The position numbers were made by a program, and so were the translations under genes. Under the pieces are notes generated by a model, which searched no databases, had not been told where the DNA came from, and saw nothing but the letters and a program-made list of their open reading frames with translations. A stretch of DNA of 64,000 nt from Deltaproteobacteria bacterium (GTDB lineage Bacteria > Myxococcota_A > UBA9160 > SMWR01): contig JAQBHB010000040.1 of the NCBI GenBank assembly GCA_032128115.1, positions 64,001 to 128,000 of the forward strand, read 5' to 3'. Of this stretch, positions 53,778-63,796 are shown piece after piece (position 1 is the first letter of the stretch; each line of letters begins with the position of its first letter).

Positions 53778-55160
53778 CTAGGGACCAGCGGTCCAGAGTT
53801 GGCGCCATCCCTCCCACGCGTACGGGATGGACACGGTGGCGACAAACACCAGGACCGCAGCCGCGGGCAGGGCGCGCCAGCCGTGCAGGGCACGGCGGAC
53901 GGATGGCCAATCGAGGGCCGCATGAGCCGCATACACAAGCAACAGCGGCATCCACGGCAGCCGGTAGCGGGTGTGGGCGATGGCAGCGACGTGCAGCGCG
54001 CACACCGCCGTCAGCACCAGCAGGGGCAGCAGGCGCAGCGGTCCCCGGCAGGCGGCGATCCCCAGCAGGCCCAGGCCGAGCATGGACACGTAGAAGAGGG
54101 CGCTCAGGATCGCAAGCCAACGGGATCCGGGCGGCGATTCCTGGCCGTAGGATCCGATGCGAAGCTTGCGCAGCAGAAAGGAATCGGGCGCGAGCAGGCG
54201 GCCGATTCCGAGCACGGTCTTCTTGAAGACCCAGGCCGGCTGCTCCGCACGGATGCGTGCGAGGGTGTGGCGGCGTGCGAAGTCCATCCGTTCCATTTCG
54301 TCTTCGATGGTGAAGTAGCTCGCCTTGTAGCGCTGCAGGGCCGGGCCTCCGAAGCGGTACCACTCCGGATTCTCGAGGGTGTTGCCTTCTCCGGCCGAGG
54401 CCCAGCCCACGGTGGCCACGGGAACCACGCGCCCGAACGCGGCGTAGTTGCGCAGGGTCCACGGCAGCACCACGAGCACGCTGGCCACCAGCAGCAGCGC
54501 GCCGCGGACGAGGGCCGCCCGCCGCTGCTCGAGCGGCGCAGATGCCACGATCCAGAGCGCGCACGCGCCGGCCACCGGGAGTGCGATCTCGCGGGTGAGA
54601 GCCCCGAGTCCCAGGACGCTCCCCGAGAGGATGGACAGAGCCGGGCTCTGGCGACGCTGCGCCACGACCGCGGCGAGCAACCCGCCGGTGGCAAGCACCG
54701 CGAAAGTGGTCTCCGACCACAGGTAGTGGCTGTAGGCCACGAGCGTGGGGTCGAGCGCCGCCACCGCTGCTGCGACCAGACCCACCCGCTCGTCGAACAG
54801 GGCCCGCCCCAACAGGAAGGTCAGCAACACCAGTCCCGTGCCGAGACCCAGCATGGCGACCAGCATCGGGCGCAGGAAATCCGCCACCCGGGCGTCTGGG
54901 TCGGTCGGGTCGAGTTCGTCGAGATGGGTCAGGAAGTCGCGATCGGCCAGGCTGACCAGGGGTTGCGAGGGGTCGATCCAAAGCGCGAGCCACCACGCCT
55001 GACCCGGTGGGCGGTAGGCGCGCAGGGCCGGGTTGTATTGGTGGCCCTCGCCGCGCGCGAGGTTCGTAGCCACCATCACGTAGTAGTACTCATCGCCTAC
55101 CAGGCGAACGGGAAAGGTCGCGGCTGTGGTCGCGATGCGCACCCCGGCCGCCACCAGCAC
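53778..55160 (-). CDS. Glycosyltransferase, GT39/ArnT(PMT)-like membrane protein
   Basis: GDE.YY, YRPPG, LWSET, PWTLRNY, RYRLP; many TMs; true start may be about 55196. Confidence 0.82.
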   Translation of the reverse strand: MLVAAGVRIATTAATFPVRLVGDEYYYVMVATNLARGEGHQYNPALRAYRPPGQAWWLALWIDPSQPLVSLADRDFLTHLDELDPTDPDARVADFLRPMLVAMLGLGTGLVLLTFLLGRALFDERVGLVAAAVAALDPTLVAYSHYLWSETTFAVLATGGLLAAVVAQRRQSPALSILSGSVLGLGALTREIALPVAGACALWIVASAPLEQRRAALVRGALLLVASVLVVLPWTLRNYAAFGRVVPVATVGWASAGEGNTLENPEWYRFGGPALQRYKASYFTIEDEMERMDFARRHTLARIRAEQPAWVFKKTVLGIGRLLAPDSFLLRKLRIGSYGQESPPGSRWLAILSALFYVSMLGLGLLGIAACRGPLRLLPLLVLTAVCALHVAAIAHTRYRLPWMPLLLVYAAHAALDWPSVRRALHGWRALPAAAVLVFVATVSIPYAWEGWRQLWTAGP

Positions 55161-55192
55161 GATCGCAGCCAGGGCGAGAAGCGGACGGCGGT

Positions 55193-55900
55193 TCAGGTGG
55201 TCGGCCCCGTCGTCATCTTCTTCATGTCGTCTTCCAGGGTCTTGCGCATGTAGCTGATGGCGTCGGCGCGAACGGCAGCCTTGGTGAGGGCGTGGGCCGG
55301 CTGGGGCAGCTTGGCCAGGCCGGCGGCCTCGGCCAGGGCCTCGTCGAATACCGCCTCGGGCTGCACGATCCGATCCAGATAGCCCGCATCCACCGCCTCT
55401 TCCGGCGAGAACAGGTGCCCCTGGGTGGTGGCCCGCTGGAAGTGGCGCTTCGACAGGCGCTGGCGCGCCATCTCGAAGGCGAAAATGGGCAACGTCATTC
55501 CGAGTGCCACTTCGTTCAGGCCGATCTTGAAGTCGCCCGCAGCCCCCACCCGCGCGTCCGCCGACAGCAGGGCGATGGCGCCTGCGGCCACCGCGTGGCC
55601 GGTGCAGGCGACCACCACGGGACGGGGAAACTCGAACATGCGCAGGAAGAGTTCGGCCCCGGCCGTCACGAGGTTGCGCACACCCTCGGGCCCCGAGCGC
55701 ATCACCTGCAGGTCGAAGCCGCCCGAGAATCGGCCGGGTCGCCCCGCCAGCAGCACGGCGCCCGCGTCCTTGTCGGCGCGGTCGAGGCAGCGGTGCAACT
55801 CGGCGATGGCGTCGTGAGAGAAGGCATTGGCCTTGCCGTCGTCGAACTGCAGGACGGCTACCTGTTCGCGGATCTCGTAGCGGATGGCGGCGTCGGCCAT
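55193..55900 (-). CDS. Crotonase/enoyl-CoA hydratase family protein
   Basis: DDGKANA, FSGGFDL, GHAVAAG, IGLNEV. Confidence 0.92.
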   Translation of the reverse strand: MADAAIRYEIREQVAVLQFDDGKANAFSHDAIAELHRCLDRADKDAGAVLLAGRPGRFSGGFDLQVMRSGPEGVRNLVTAGAELFLRMFEFPRPVVVACTGHAVAAGAIALLSADARVGAAGDFKIGLNEVALGMTLPIFAFEMARQRLSKRHFQRATTQGHLFSPEEAVDAGYLDRIVQPEAVFDEALAEAAGLAKLPQPAHALTKAAVRADAISYMRKTLEDDMKKMTTGPTT

Positions 55901-55982
55901 GGGGGCTCTTCCTCTTGTACCGATCGCGCGCTGTGGATCGGGGGGAGATCAGGGTAGCCCGGCGGCGCGCCGAGATGCGAGT

Positions 55983-57161
55983 CTAGGCAGCCGCGCGCAG
56001 GCGGCGGCGGAGCCACGCCAGACCGGGGAGCAGAAGCGCGAGTTCGAATCCGAGGCCGCAGCCCGAGTTCGGCGACTCGGAGACCTGCCACGGGTTACCG
56101 CAGGTGGGGTCGAGGACGTCGATCCAGCCGTCGCCGTCGTTGTCGATTCCGTCGTCGCACTCCGGGCTCTCGCTGTGCCACTCCTCGTTCCGGCAGCCGG
56201 GGTCGTTGCCGTCGTCTACGAAGCCGTCGCCGTCGTCGTCCAGGCCGTTGTTGCAGGGCCCGCAGTTCGGGTAGCAGGCGGGGAGGACCGCAGCGAGGAT
56301 CTGGTCGCGATAGGACGACAGGTCGGCGCTGAAGGTGCGATTCTCGTAGATCGCCGAGTTCAACACAGTGGGCAGATCCGGCTGGTCGACGAAGACTTCC
56401 TCCGCGTACATGATGCCGGCCAGTTCCCAGATGGCGCCGTTCTGGATGAAGACGGCGCCGCCCGAGTCCCCGATGGCGGCCTGGCATTCGTGGTCGGCCT
56501 CCGCCACGCCGCGATCGAAGGTCGTGGCGAACGAATCCGTGGTGAAGGCCGAACCGTCGGGGATCAGGTCGGGAATCAACGCGGCGATCAGGTTCTTGCC
56601 CCAGCGGATCGACTTGCTGGTGTCCCACAGATAGCCGTCGGTCTCGTTGACGCATGAACCGGGGGGGCAGTTGGGGGGGCACGCGCATTCGTTCACGTAT
56701 TCGTAGGCGGCTCCGCGATCGCGGCCGTTGCCGATCATCACTACCTCGGTGGTCGTGGTGCCCGGGTCGGGGATGGGATCGGCGCGAATCTCCAGCGCCT
56801 CGAGCGGCGGCTTCGGGGTGATCTGGTAGGCGCGCAGGTCGGCGTAAATCGGGGAATCGTGGACGATGCGGACAAAGCTGTTCGGGACGGTGGTGTAGAC
56901 CGTGCCGCCCAGATTCACGTCGCCGGTGCCGCCGTGACTGCTGGCCAGCACCCAGCCGTAGCCCAGGTAGACGGCGGAAAGCCCGGCGCCGCGGATGCCC
57001 ACGTTGTCGAATCCCGGATCATCGGCGGGCGGGGCCGGCGGAGACACGTTTCCCGTGCCGTCGCCCGAGTCGATGATGACGGCGGCGGCGGGAGCGGCCC
57101 CCCACAGGGCCAGAGCAACGGCTGTGGCGGTGAACTTCATGGCTATGGCAGTGAACTTCAT
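55983..57161 (-). CDS. Secreted trypsin-like serine protease with Ca-binding Cys/Asp repeats and a C-terminal sorting signal
   Basis: Signal peptide, WVLASSH, ADL, GDSGG; CNNGLDDDGDG and CDDGIDNDGDG; GCGLGFELALLLPGLAWLRRR; start 57161 or 57140. Confidence 0.82.
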   Translation of the reverse strand: MKFTAIAMKFTATAVALALWGAAPAAAVIIDSGDGTGNVSPPAPPADDPGFDNVGIRGAGLSAVYLGYGWVLASSHGGTGDVNLGGTVYTTVPNSFVRIVHDSPIYADLRAYQITPKPPLEALEIRADPIPDPGTTTTEVVMIGNGRDRGAAYEYVNECACPPNCPPGSCVNETDGYLWDTSKSIRWGKNLIAALIPDLIPDGSAFTTDSFATTFDRGVAEADHECQAAIGDSGGAVFIQNGAIWELAGIMYAEEVFVDQPDLPTVLNSAIYENRTFSADLSSYRDQILAAVLPACYPNCGPCNNGLDDDGDGFVDDGNDPGCRNEEWHSESPECDDGIDNDGDGWIDVLDPTCGNPWQVSESPNSGCGLGFELALLLPGLAWLRRRLRAAA

Positions 57162-57166
57162 GGGTA
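57125..57166. repeat. 21-bp tandem duplication of the protease start (MKFTA twice)
   Basis: TGGCGGTGAACTTCATGGCTA / TGGCAGTGAACTTCATGGGTA. Confidence 0.8.
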
Positions 57167-57284
57167 TGGGAATCCGTTGAGTGCTGAGCTTAACCCAATC
57201 AACCCGTGGGCGCGGGCGGAGTTGCGCCGTCATGTTGCCCCTGGGGTGAGCGCCCGGCAGATGGATGTGGGAGATTCGCCCGGG

Positions 57285-57698
57285 ATGTCACCGGAACGCA
57301 GCCGCGCGGCCTGGGTAGCCGGAAAATATCTGCTTCTCCAGATCCCCGGCTGGCTCATCGTGGGTTGCCTGGTAACCGCGGCGGTCCGCTGGTGGGGAAT
57401 CTCCCCGTTGACGGCCTGCCTTCTGTTCGCGGCCTGGCTCGTCAAGGACGCCGTGATGTTTCCGTTCCTGAAATCGGCGTATGAGCCCTCGGACGAGAAT
57501 ACGGGCGGTCTGGTGGGTGCCCGGGCCGTCACCAGCGATCGCCTGGATCCTGCCGGTTGGGTGCGCCTGGGGCCGGAGCGGTGGCGCGCCGAACTGGTGC
57601 ACGGCCACGAGCCGGTGGCCAAGGGGACCACGGTCCGTGTGCTCGCCGTGAACGGGCTCATTGTGACGGTCGAGCCCGACTCCGAGGAGCCCGCATGA
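57285..57698 (+). CDS. NfeD family protein (C-terminal OB fold)
   Basis: Two TMs then 'LVG..A....LDP.G.V...ERWRA....G..VRV..V.GL..V'; start uncertain. Confidence 0.8.
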   Translation: MSPERSRAAWVAGKYLLLQIPGWLIVGCLVTAAVRWWGISPLTACLLFAAWLVKDAVMFPFLKSAYEPSDENTGGLVGARAVTSDRLDPAGWVRLGPERWRAELVHGHEPVAKGTTVRVLAVNGLIVTVEPDSEEPA

Positions 57699-58810
57699 GT
57701 GGAGGCGGGGCCCGGATTCCCGACGACTACGCAAGGGTGCTGTCGGATCTGGGCAGCGGCACCCTGGGGGGGCTCGAGGCCTTCGAAGCCACCCTGCGCC
57801 GGCTGCATCCGCCTGCCTTCGAGGCGCTTCGCGAACGCCTGGCGCCGGCGCGGGATCGGCTCGCCACCGCCTTGCCAGGATTCCGGGCCGCGAACGCGCC
57901 GCCCGAGCTCGACGAGTTGCACGAACAGCTGGGTCAGGCGGCACAAGCCTGCCTGTCGGCACTCGACGGCTTCCTCGAGCCCGCCCACGCCAGTGAAGTC
58001 GCGCCCCGGATCCTGCGCGCCATGCGCGAGCACGCGCGTGCCCAGGAGCTCGTGTATCCCATGCGGCGTGTATTTCCGCCCTTCGATCGGTTCTTTGCAG
58101 AGCCGATCTTTCACGGGGATCTGGCGAGGCTTACGCCCGAGCCGTCTCCCGGCGCGAATGTGGGTCTGCATCGGGCCGGGTCCGGGGACGATCCCGATGG
58201 CCGCGGCGGATTCTGTCTGTACGTGCCCGAGCACTACGACGGGCGGTCCGATTGGCCGCTGGTGGTCGCACTGCACGGCGGCTTCGGGCGCGGGCGCGAC
58301 TTCCTGTGGACCTGGCTGCGCGAGGCCCGTGGGCGCGGTTTCCTGCTGCTGGCCCCCACGTCCGTGGGCACCACCTGGTCCTTGCAGTCGCCGGCGTTGG
58401 ACGGGCGCAGGCTGGTTTCGATGCTGGGTCACGTGTGCGAGAACTGGAGCGTGGACTCTTCCCGCATTCTGCTCACCGGGCTCTCGGATGGCGCGACCTT
58501 CGCCCTGCTGACGGGCCTCGCCCCCGACTCGCCGTTCACCGCCCTGGCTCCGGTGTCGGGTGTGCTGCACCCGGCCAACCACGCCAACGGGAACCTTGCG
58601 CGGGCGGCAGGGCGTCGCATCTATCTGGTGCACGGGGCCCTGGACTGGATGTTCCCGGTGGTCTTGGCGCAGATGGCGCGCGATGCGCTCCAGGCGGCCG
58701 GGAGCGACCTGATCTACCGGGAGATTTCCGATCTCTCCCACGCGTACCCGCGCGAAGAGAACGACTCGATCCTCGAATGGTTCGACCCGGGCCTGGCTCT
58801 TCCCGGCTAG
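57695..58810 (+). CDS. Phospholipase/carboxylesterase (alpha/beta hydrolase)
   Basis: PLVVALHGG, TGLSDG, HGALDWMF, SHAY; ATGA overlap with the NfeD gene. Confidence 0.85.
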   Translation: MSGGGARIPDDYARVLSDLGSGTLGGLEAFEATLRRLHPPAFEALRERLAPARDRLATALPGFRAANAPPELDELHEQLGQAAQACLSALDGFLEPAHASEVAPRILRAMREHARAQELVYPMRRVFPPFDRFFAEPIFHGDLARLTPEPSPGANVGLHRAGSGDDPDGRGGFCLYVPEHYDGRSDWPLVVALHGGFGRGRDFLWTWLREARGRGFLLLAPTSVGTTWSLQSPALDGRRLVSMLGHVCENWSVDSSRILLTGLSDGATFALLTGLAPDSPFTALAPVSGVLHPANHANGNLARAAGRRIYLVHGALDWMFPVVLAQMARDALQAAGSDLIYREISDLSHAYPREENDSILEWFDPGLALPG

Positions 58811-58816
58811 CGCGGC

Positions 58817-59923
58817 CTACTGAAGCGACGACAGGTCGATCTGGTACAGGTCCGCCACGTTGCGACACAGGATGTGTTCGCGTTGTTCGTCGGTCAGATC
58901 CTTCTGGTGCTCGCGGAGCACATCCTGGGACCAGGGCCAGGTGGAATCGCTGTGGGGAAAATCGTTCGCCCACATGAGATGTTTCCAGTTCATCAGGTCC
59001 GCAGTCTTGAAGGCGACCCAGTCGTCCTGGAAGGTGGTGTAGATGTTCTCGCGGAAATATTCGGAAGGCAGCTTCGAGAGCTTCTGTCCGGGCGGCAGCC
59101 AGTTGCGATGACGCTTGTAGGCGTGGTCCATCCGGTACATGTAGTGAGGCACCCAGCCGGCGTCGGCCTCCACACACACCACCTTGAGTTCCGGGTGGCG
59201 CTCGAACACTCCTCCCAGCACCAGCATTCCCATGATGTCCTGGCAGCCGCGCACGATGGTGAGGAAGCCGTTCATGGCCGGGCCGCGCGGGAGCGCCTCC
59301 CGGGTGGTGAGGATGTGGAACGAGAGCGGCAGCGCAAGCTCGATTGCAGCGCGCCAGAAGTCATCGTAGATGGGCGAGTCGTAATCCTCTTCGGCGGGAA
59401 CGCCTGGCATCATCACTCCGCGAAGCCCCAGGGCCTTGATGGCCTTCAGGTCGAGGATGCCCTCGGCGGGCGATCGCATGGCGGTCTGGCCGATCCCCAG
59501 CAGCCGTGAGGGATGGGCTGCGCAATAGCCGGTGAGCCAGCGGTTGTAGGCGTCGAAACAGGCCTTCTTGTAGTCGAAGTCGCGGTGGTTGCAGAGCACC
59601 ATGCCCACGGTGGGGTAGATGATCTCGGCGGCGATGCCGTCGCGATCCTGCTCACCCATGCGCGCCTCCGGGTCCCAGCCGCCCCGGTGCATCTCGTCGA
59701 ACAGCACACCCGTCACGCGGATCTCTTCCGCGGGCTTTCCGGCGGCGGCCACCAGGCCCATGGGAATGGGCTTCTTCATGCCGTCGACCACGAAGACGTC
59801 GCCAGCCTTCTCGTCGCGCTGCATGCGTGGAGCCCGGTCGCGGAAACGCGGGTCGATGTGATCCAGATAGGTACCGGGCGGCTCGGTGATGTGGGAGTCG
59901 GCCGAGATGATGGGAAAGCTCAT
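58817..59923 (-). CDS. Amidohydrolase_2 family metal-dependent hydrolase
   Basis: ISADSHITEP, LSFH, VEADAGW, WANDFPHSD. Confidence 0.92.
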   Translation of the reverse strand: MSFPIISADSHITEPPGTYLDHIDPRFRDRAPRMQRDEKAGDVFVVDGMKKPIPMGLVAAAGKPAEEIRVTGVLFDEMHRGGWDPEARMGEQDRDGIAAEIIYPTVGMVLCNHRDFDYKKACFDAYNRWLTGYCAAHPSRLLGIGQTAMRSPAEGILDLKAIKALGLRGVMMPGVPAEEDYDSPIYDDFWRAAIELALPLSFHILTTREALPRGPAMNGFLTIVRGCQDIMGMLVLGGVFERHPELKVVCVEADAGWVPHYMYRMDHAYKRHRNWLPPGQKLSKLPSEYFRENIYTTFQDDWVAFKTADLMNWKHLMWANDFPHSDSTWPWSQDVLREHQKDLTDEQREHILCRNVADLYQIDLSSLQ

Positions 59924-61605
59924 GGGACGGGACCTCCTCGCAGCAGGTGGCCAGGAAGTGCCGCGTCCGGATCGACCCGGTCGCGGCCTTCCTCGCGGAT
60001 GGGAACGCCGTTGACGACCACGGCGCGGATTCCGGTGGCATCGGAAACGAGGCGATCGGCGCCAGCCGGGAAGTCGCTCACCCGTCGCAGGGGCGAACAG
60101 CCCACCGTGTCCGGGTCGAAGATCGTTACGTCCGCGGCGAGGCCCGGGGCCAGGCGGCCGCGATCGTGGATGCCGAACACCCGGGCCGAGCGCTCGGTCA
60201 GCAGGTGCACGGCCCGCTCCAACTCGAGCACACCGGTCTCGCGCACCCAGTGCTCTAGCAGGTGGGTGGAGAAGCAGGCATCGCAGAGTTGGCTGGCGTG
60301 GGCTCCGGCGTCCGAAAGGCCAAGCATCACGCTTTCGTGCCGCAGCAGCTCCGCCACCTGGGTGTCGTCGTTGTTCGCCACGGCCACCCGGAAGCGCGCC
60401 TCCAGGTTCGAGTTCAGGGCCAGGTCGAGCACCAGGTCCACCGGGTGCACGCCGCGCAGTGCCGCCACCTCGGCCACATTGCGCTCGTTCAGGGTCGGGT
60501 CTTCGGCGCACTCGGCGATCACCGTGTCCCGCCAGCGCCCGGCGATCCCTCCGCGATCGCCACGTTCGCGGAACGCGGCGCGAAACTCCGGATCCGCGTA
60601 GAGGCGCTTGCGACCCTCGAAGTCCGCGGCCGAGACCGGCTTGAAGATCGACAGGCTCTCGTAGGGGAAGGGGGACTTGAACTGGAATTCTACGTTCAGC
60701 GGCCGGCACGAGACCTGGGGAATCACGTCTACGCCCTGACTCTGGAGCTTGTGGTTGTCTTCCAGGGCCCGTCGGTGCCAGTCGGGACCGCCCATGCCGG
60801 CCAGCAGCGCCGTCCAGCTCACCGGCCGTCCGGTGGCGCGCTGGATCGCTTCGAACTCCGGCAGGAACAGGCCGCGTCCGACGGTCGCCTGCATCACGCC
60901 AAAGCCCGCTTCGCCCAGGCAGCCGGCCAGAGTCTCGATTTCGGCCAGCGAGGCCAGTCGGCTGGGCACCGGGTGCCCGGCGAATCCCATGTGGGTGGGC
61001 GCCCTGGAGGTGGCGAACCCCACGGCGCCGGCCTGTAATGCCTCGCGCACGATCTGTCTCATCTGCGCGATCTCATCTTCACGGGCTTCGCGCTCGGCCG
61101 CCTCCTCTCCCATCACGCTCAGGCGGACGGGGGTGTGACCGATCAATGCGCCTACATTGATGGCGCTTCCGCGCTCCTCGATGGCGTCCAGATATTCCGG
61201 GAAGGTCTCGAAGGGCCAGTCGTCGCCGACACCCGATGCGAGAGCATCGAACGACATGCCCTCGACGCTCTCCAGGGTGCGCAGGATCAGCTCGCGATGT
61301 TGGGGGCGGGTGGGCGCGATGCCGAAACCGCAGTTGCCCATCACCACCGACGTGACCCCATGCCAGGGCGAGATCGTCAGCATGCGGTCCCACAGGATCT
61401 GGGCGTCGTAGTGGGTGTGGATATCGACGAAGCCCGGGGATACGACGCACCCGCCTGCGTCCAGGGTTTCGTCGGCGTCGCCGCCGATCCGCCCCAGGGC
61501 GGCGATGCGGCCCTCGCGGATGCCCACGTCTCCCTCGAATGCGGGCGCACCGGTGCCATCCACGAGACGGCCCCCTCGAATCAGGAGATCGAAGTGATCG
61601 GACAT
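59920..61605 (-). CDS. N-acyl-D-amino-acid deacylase-like amidohydrolase
   Basis: PGFVDIHTHYD, GVTSVVMGNCG, SDAGAH, ADVTIFD. Confidence 0.92.
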   Translation of the reverse strand: MSDHFDLLIRGGRLVDGTGAPAFEGDVGIREGRIAALGRIGGDADETLDAGGCVVSPGFVDIHTHYDAQILWDRMLTISPWHGVTSVVMGNCGFGIAPTRPQHRELILRTLESVEGMSFDALASGVGDDWPFETFPEYLDAIEERGSAINVGALIGHTPVRLSVMGEEAAEREAREDEIAQMRQIVREALQAGAVGFATSRAPTHMGFAGHPVPSRLASLAEIETLAGCLGEAGFGVMQATVGRGLFLPEFEAIQRATGRPVSWTALLAGMGGPDWHRRALEDNHKLQSQGVDVIPQVSCRPLNVEFQFKSPFPYESLSIFKPVSAADFEGRKRLYADPEFRAAFRERGDRGGIAGRWRDTVIAECAEDPTLNERNVAEVAALRGVHPVDLVLDLALNSNLEARFRVAVANNDDTQVAELLRHESVMLGLSDAGAHASQLCDACFSTHLLEHWVRETGVLELERAVHLLTERSARVFGIHDRGRLAPGLAADVTIFDPDTVGCSPLRRVSDFPAGADRLVSDATGIRAVVVNGVPIREEGRDRVDPDAALPGHLLRGGPVP

Positions 61606-61720
61606 GGGCGGCTCCCGAGGTGGCCTGGATCGGCCCGCGGATCCCGATCATACACGGGCGCTCTGCGCGAGGGGGCTAGTTTGCGCCCAGGCGTCGGTCG
61701 CGGCCTATACTCGAAACCCC

Positions 61721-62416
61721 ATGAAGTGCATATCGCTCTCCTTTGCGCTGTTGCTATTGCTGCTGGGAACGTCCTCGGCTGCGCCCGATGGCGCCCGACC
61801 CCAGTCCCGCTTCGAGAAGACGCAGGTGCTCGCCGAGGCCGGGGACCGCGACGCCCAGTGGGAACTTGCGGAGATGTACAAGTTCGGAGTGGTGGTCGCC
61901 GCCGACGACAAGCTGGCCGTCGAGTGGACGCGCAAGGCCGCGCGCCAGGGGCAGATGGACGCCCAGGTGGAGATGGGTCTGCGCTTCGAAGCCGGAGCGG
62001 GGATGGAGGCCAGTGCCACGCGTGCCGCCAACTGGTTCCGCAAGGCGGGAGAGCAGGGCCACCTGGAGGCTCAGCTCAAGCTCGGTCGATACTACGTGGA
62101 TGGCAAGGGGGTGAAGCGCAGCGACAGGATCGCCATGGAGTGGTTTCGCCGCGCGGCCGAGCAGGGCGACCTCCGCTCCCAGAGACTCCTGGCCGCTGCC
62201 TACTTCGAGGGACGCGGCCTTCCGCGCGACATCATGGAGTCGCGCATGTGGCTCGAGATCAGCGGTGCCGCCGATCGGCCCAACGGGCGCAAGCTTCGCG
62301 AACAACTGAACGAACGCATGAGCGAAGATCAGGTGGCCCGGGCGCGGGCCCGAGCCGAGGAGTGGAGGGCCGCCCACGGCGAACCGCAGAAGGAAGAGCT
62401 TCAGTCGTCCAGGTAA
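61721..62416 (+). CDS. Secreted Sel1-repeat protein
   Basis: Signal peptide; four 'A..WFRKA.EQG...AQ..LG..Y..G.GV' repeats. Confidence 0.88.
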   Translation: MKCISLSFALLLLLLGTSSAAPDGARPQSRFEKTQVLAEAGDRDAQWELAEMYKFGVVVAADDKLAVEWTRKAARQGQMDAQVEMGLRFEAGAGMEASATRAANWFRKAGEQGHLEAQLKLGRYYVDGKGVKRSDRIAMEWFRRAAEQGDLRSQRLLAAAYFEGRGLPRDIMESRMWLEISGAADRPNGRKLREQLNERMSEDQVARARARAEEWRAAHGEPQKEELQSSR

Positions 62417-63780
62417 CCCAGGGCCTCCAGGGCCTCGCGAACTTCCGGGTCGGGATCCACGGGGCGATCGGCGACGTGTTCCGAACGCTTCTCGGCGGCG
62501 TCGACGATCGTCGATAGCGCGGCGGGCATGCCTTCGCCCTTCTCCGGCTTCGTCTCCTGGGGATCCAGGGCCAGGTCGACGCGCAGTCCGTCGCGTCCCG
62601 CCGCCCCGATCCATTTCAGCGAGCCGTCGCGTACGTAGTAGAGCGTGCGCTTGCCCTTGTTGGGCGCCCGCGTGCCCACCACCAGGCTGCGGGGTGACGT
62701 ATCCGTCTTGCCCTGCAGCCACGGCAGCAGGCTGTCGCCGTCTCCGGGGGCGCCGTCTTCGGCTCCCACCAGGGCGAGCATCGTGGGCTTGAGATCCTCC
62801 AGCTGGGCCGGACCGACCAGTCGGCGGCCCGCGGGGATGCCCGGCGCCCGCACGATGAGGGGCACCCGGAGCAGCTCCTCGTACAGGTTCAGTCCGTGCT
62901 CCATCACCCCGTGGTCTCCGAGACCCTCGCCGTGGTCGGCGGTGAGCACGACGGCGGTGCGCTCGTCCAGGCCGAGCATCTTCACGCGCTCGAGCAGGTC
63001 TCCCACCTGGGCGTCGGTGTACGCCACTTCGCCTCGATAGGCCCGGATGAGCTCCCGCAGATGCCTGCGGTCGCGGACGTTCTGATCCTTCGGGACGCGC
63101 TTGCCCTCGAGTGTCACGTTGTCGTGCGGTGACACCGCGTAGCCCACCGGCGGCTGGTACGGCCAGTGCGGGTCGAAGTAGTGCACCCACAGGAAGAACG
63201 GCTGATCGAAGTTCGCGGTCAACCAGTGCTTGGCGGCCTTGGTGGTCGCCTCGCCCCGGACCCAGAACTCCTTGCGATTCTTGCCGCGCCAGACATACGA
63301 CTCCGACGGTTCGAACACGTAGGTGTCGAATCCCTGGTGGAAGCCGAACCGCCGATGGAGGATGTAGCTGGAGACGAACGCCGCCGTCTTCATCCCGTTC
63401 GCCTTCATGGCGTCGGCGGTCGTGTGGATGCGCGGGTCGAGGAGGACGGCGTTGTACTCGGCGCGGTGGTTCCAGACGTACAGGCCCGTGAGGAGCGAAG
63501 CATGGGCGGGCCCCGTACTGGGCGTGGGCGTATAGGCGCTTTCCACCAGCGCGCCCTGGGACGCGAGCCGGTCGATCGCCGGCGTCGCCACGGGGCCGCC
63601 GTAGGCGCCCACGTGGTCGGCCCGCAGGGTGTCGATGGTGATGAGCAGCAGCGAGTCGATGCCCGTCTTTGCCGCCATCGTGCGGGCCGGAGCCTGCGCG
63701 TCCGGCGCCGGAGCGGCCGCCAGCAGGGCGCAAGCGAGGGCGCCGAGCAGGATGGCGATGGGGCGCACGGATCTCGTCAC
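62401..63780 (-). CDS. Sulfatase-family (alkaline phosphatase superfamily) hydrolase
   Basis: ITIDTLRAD, TGPAHASLLTG, HYFDPH, TADHGE, LEALGY. Confidence 0.9.
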   Translation of the reverse strand: MTRSVRPIAILLGALACALLAAAPAPDAQAPARTMAAKTGIDSLLLITIDTLRADHVGAYGGPVATPAIDRLASQGALVESAYTPTPSTGPAHASLLTGLYVWNHRAEYNAVLLDPRIHTTADAMKANGMKTAAFVSSYILHRRFGFHQGFDTYVFEPSESYVWRGKNRKEFWVRGEATTKAAKHWLTANFDQPFFLWVHYFDPHWPYQPPVGYAVSPHDNVTLEGKRVPKDQNVRDRRHLRELIRAYRGEVAYTDAQVGDLLERVKMLGLDERTAVVLTADHGEGLGDHGVMEHGLNLYEELLRVPLIVRAPGIPAGRRLVGPAQLEDLKPTMLALVGAEDGAPGDGDSLLPWLQGKTDTSPRSLVVGTRAPNKGKRTLYYVRDGSLKWIGAAGRDGLRVDLALDPQETKPEKGEGMPAALSTIVDAAEKRSEHVADRPVDPDPEVREALEALGYLDD

Positions 63781-63796
63781 GAGCGATGCAGTCTAA

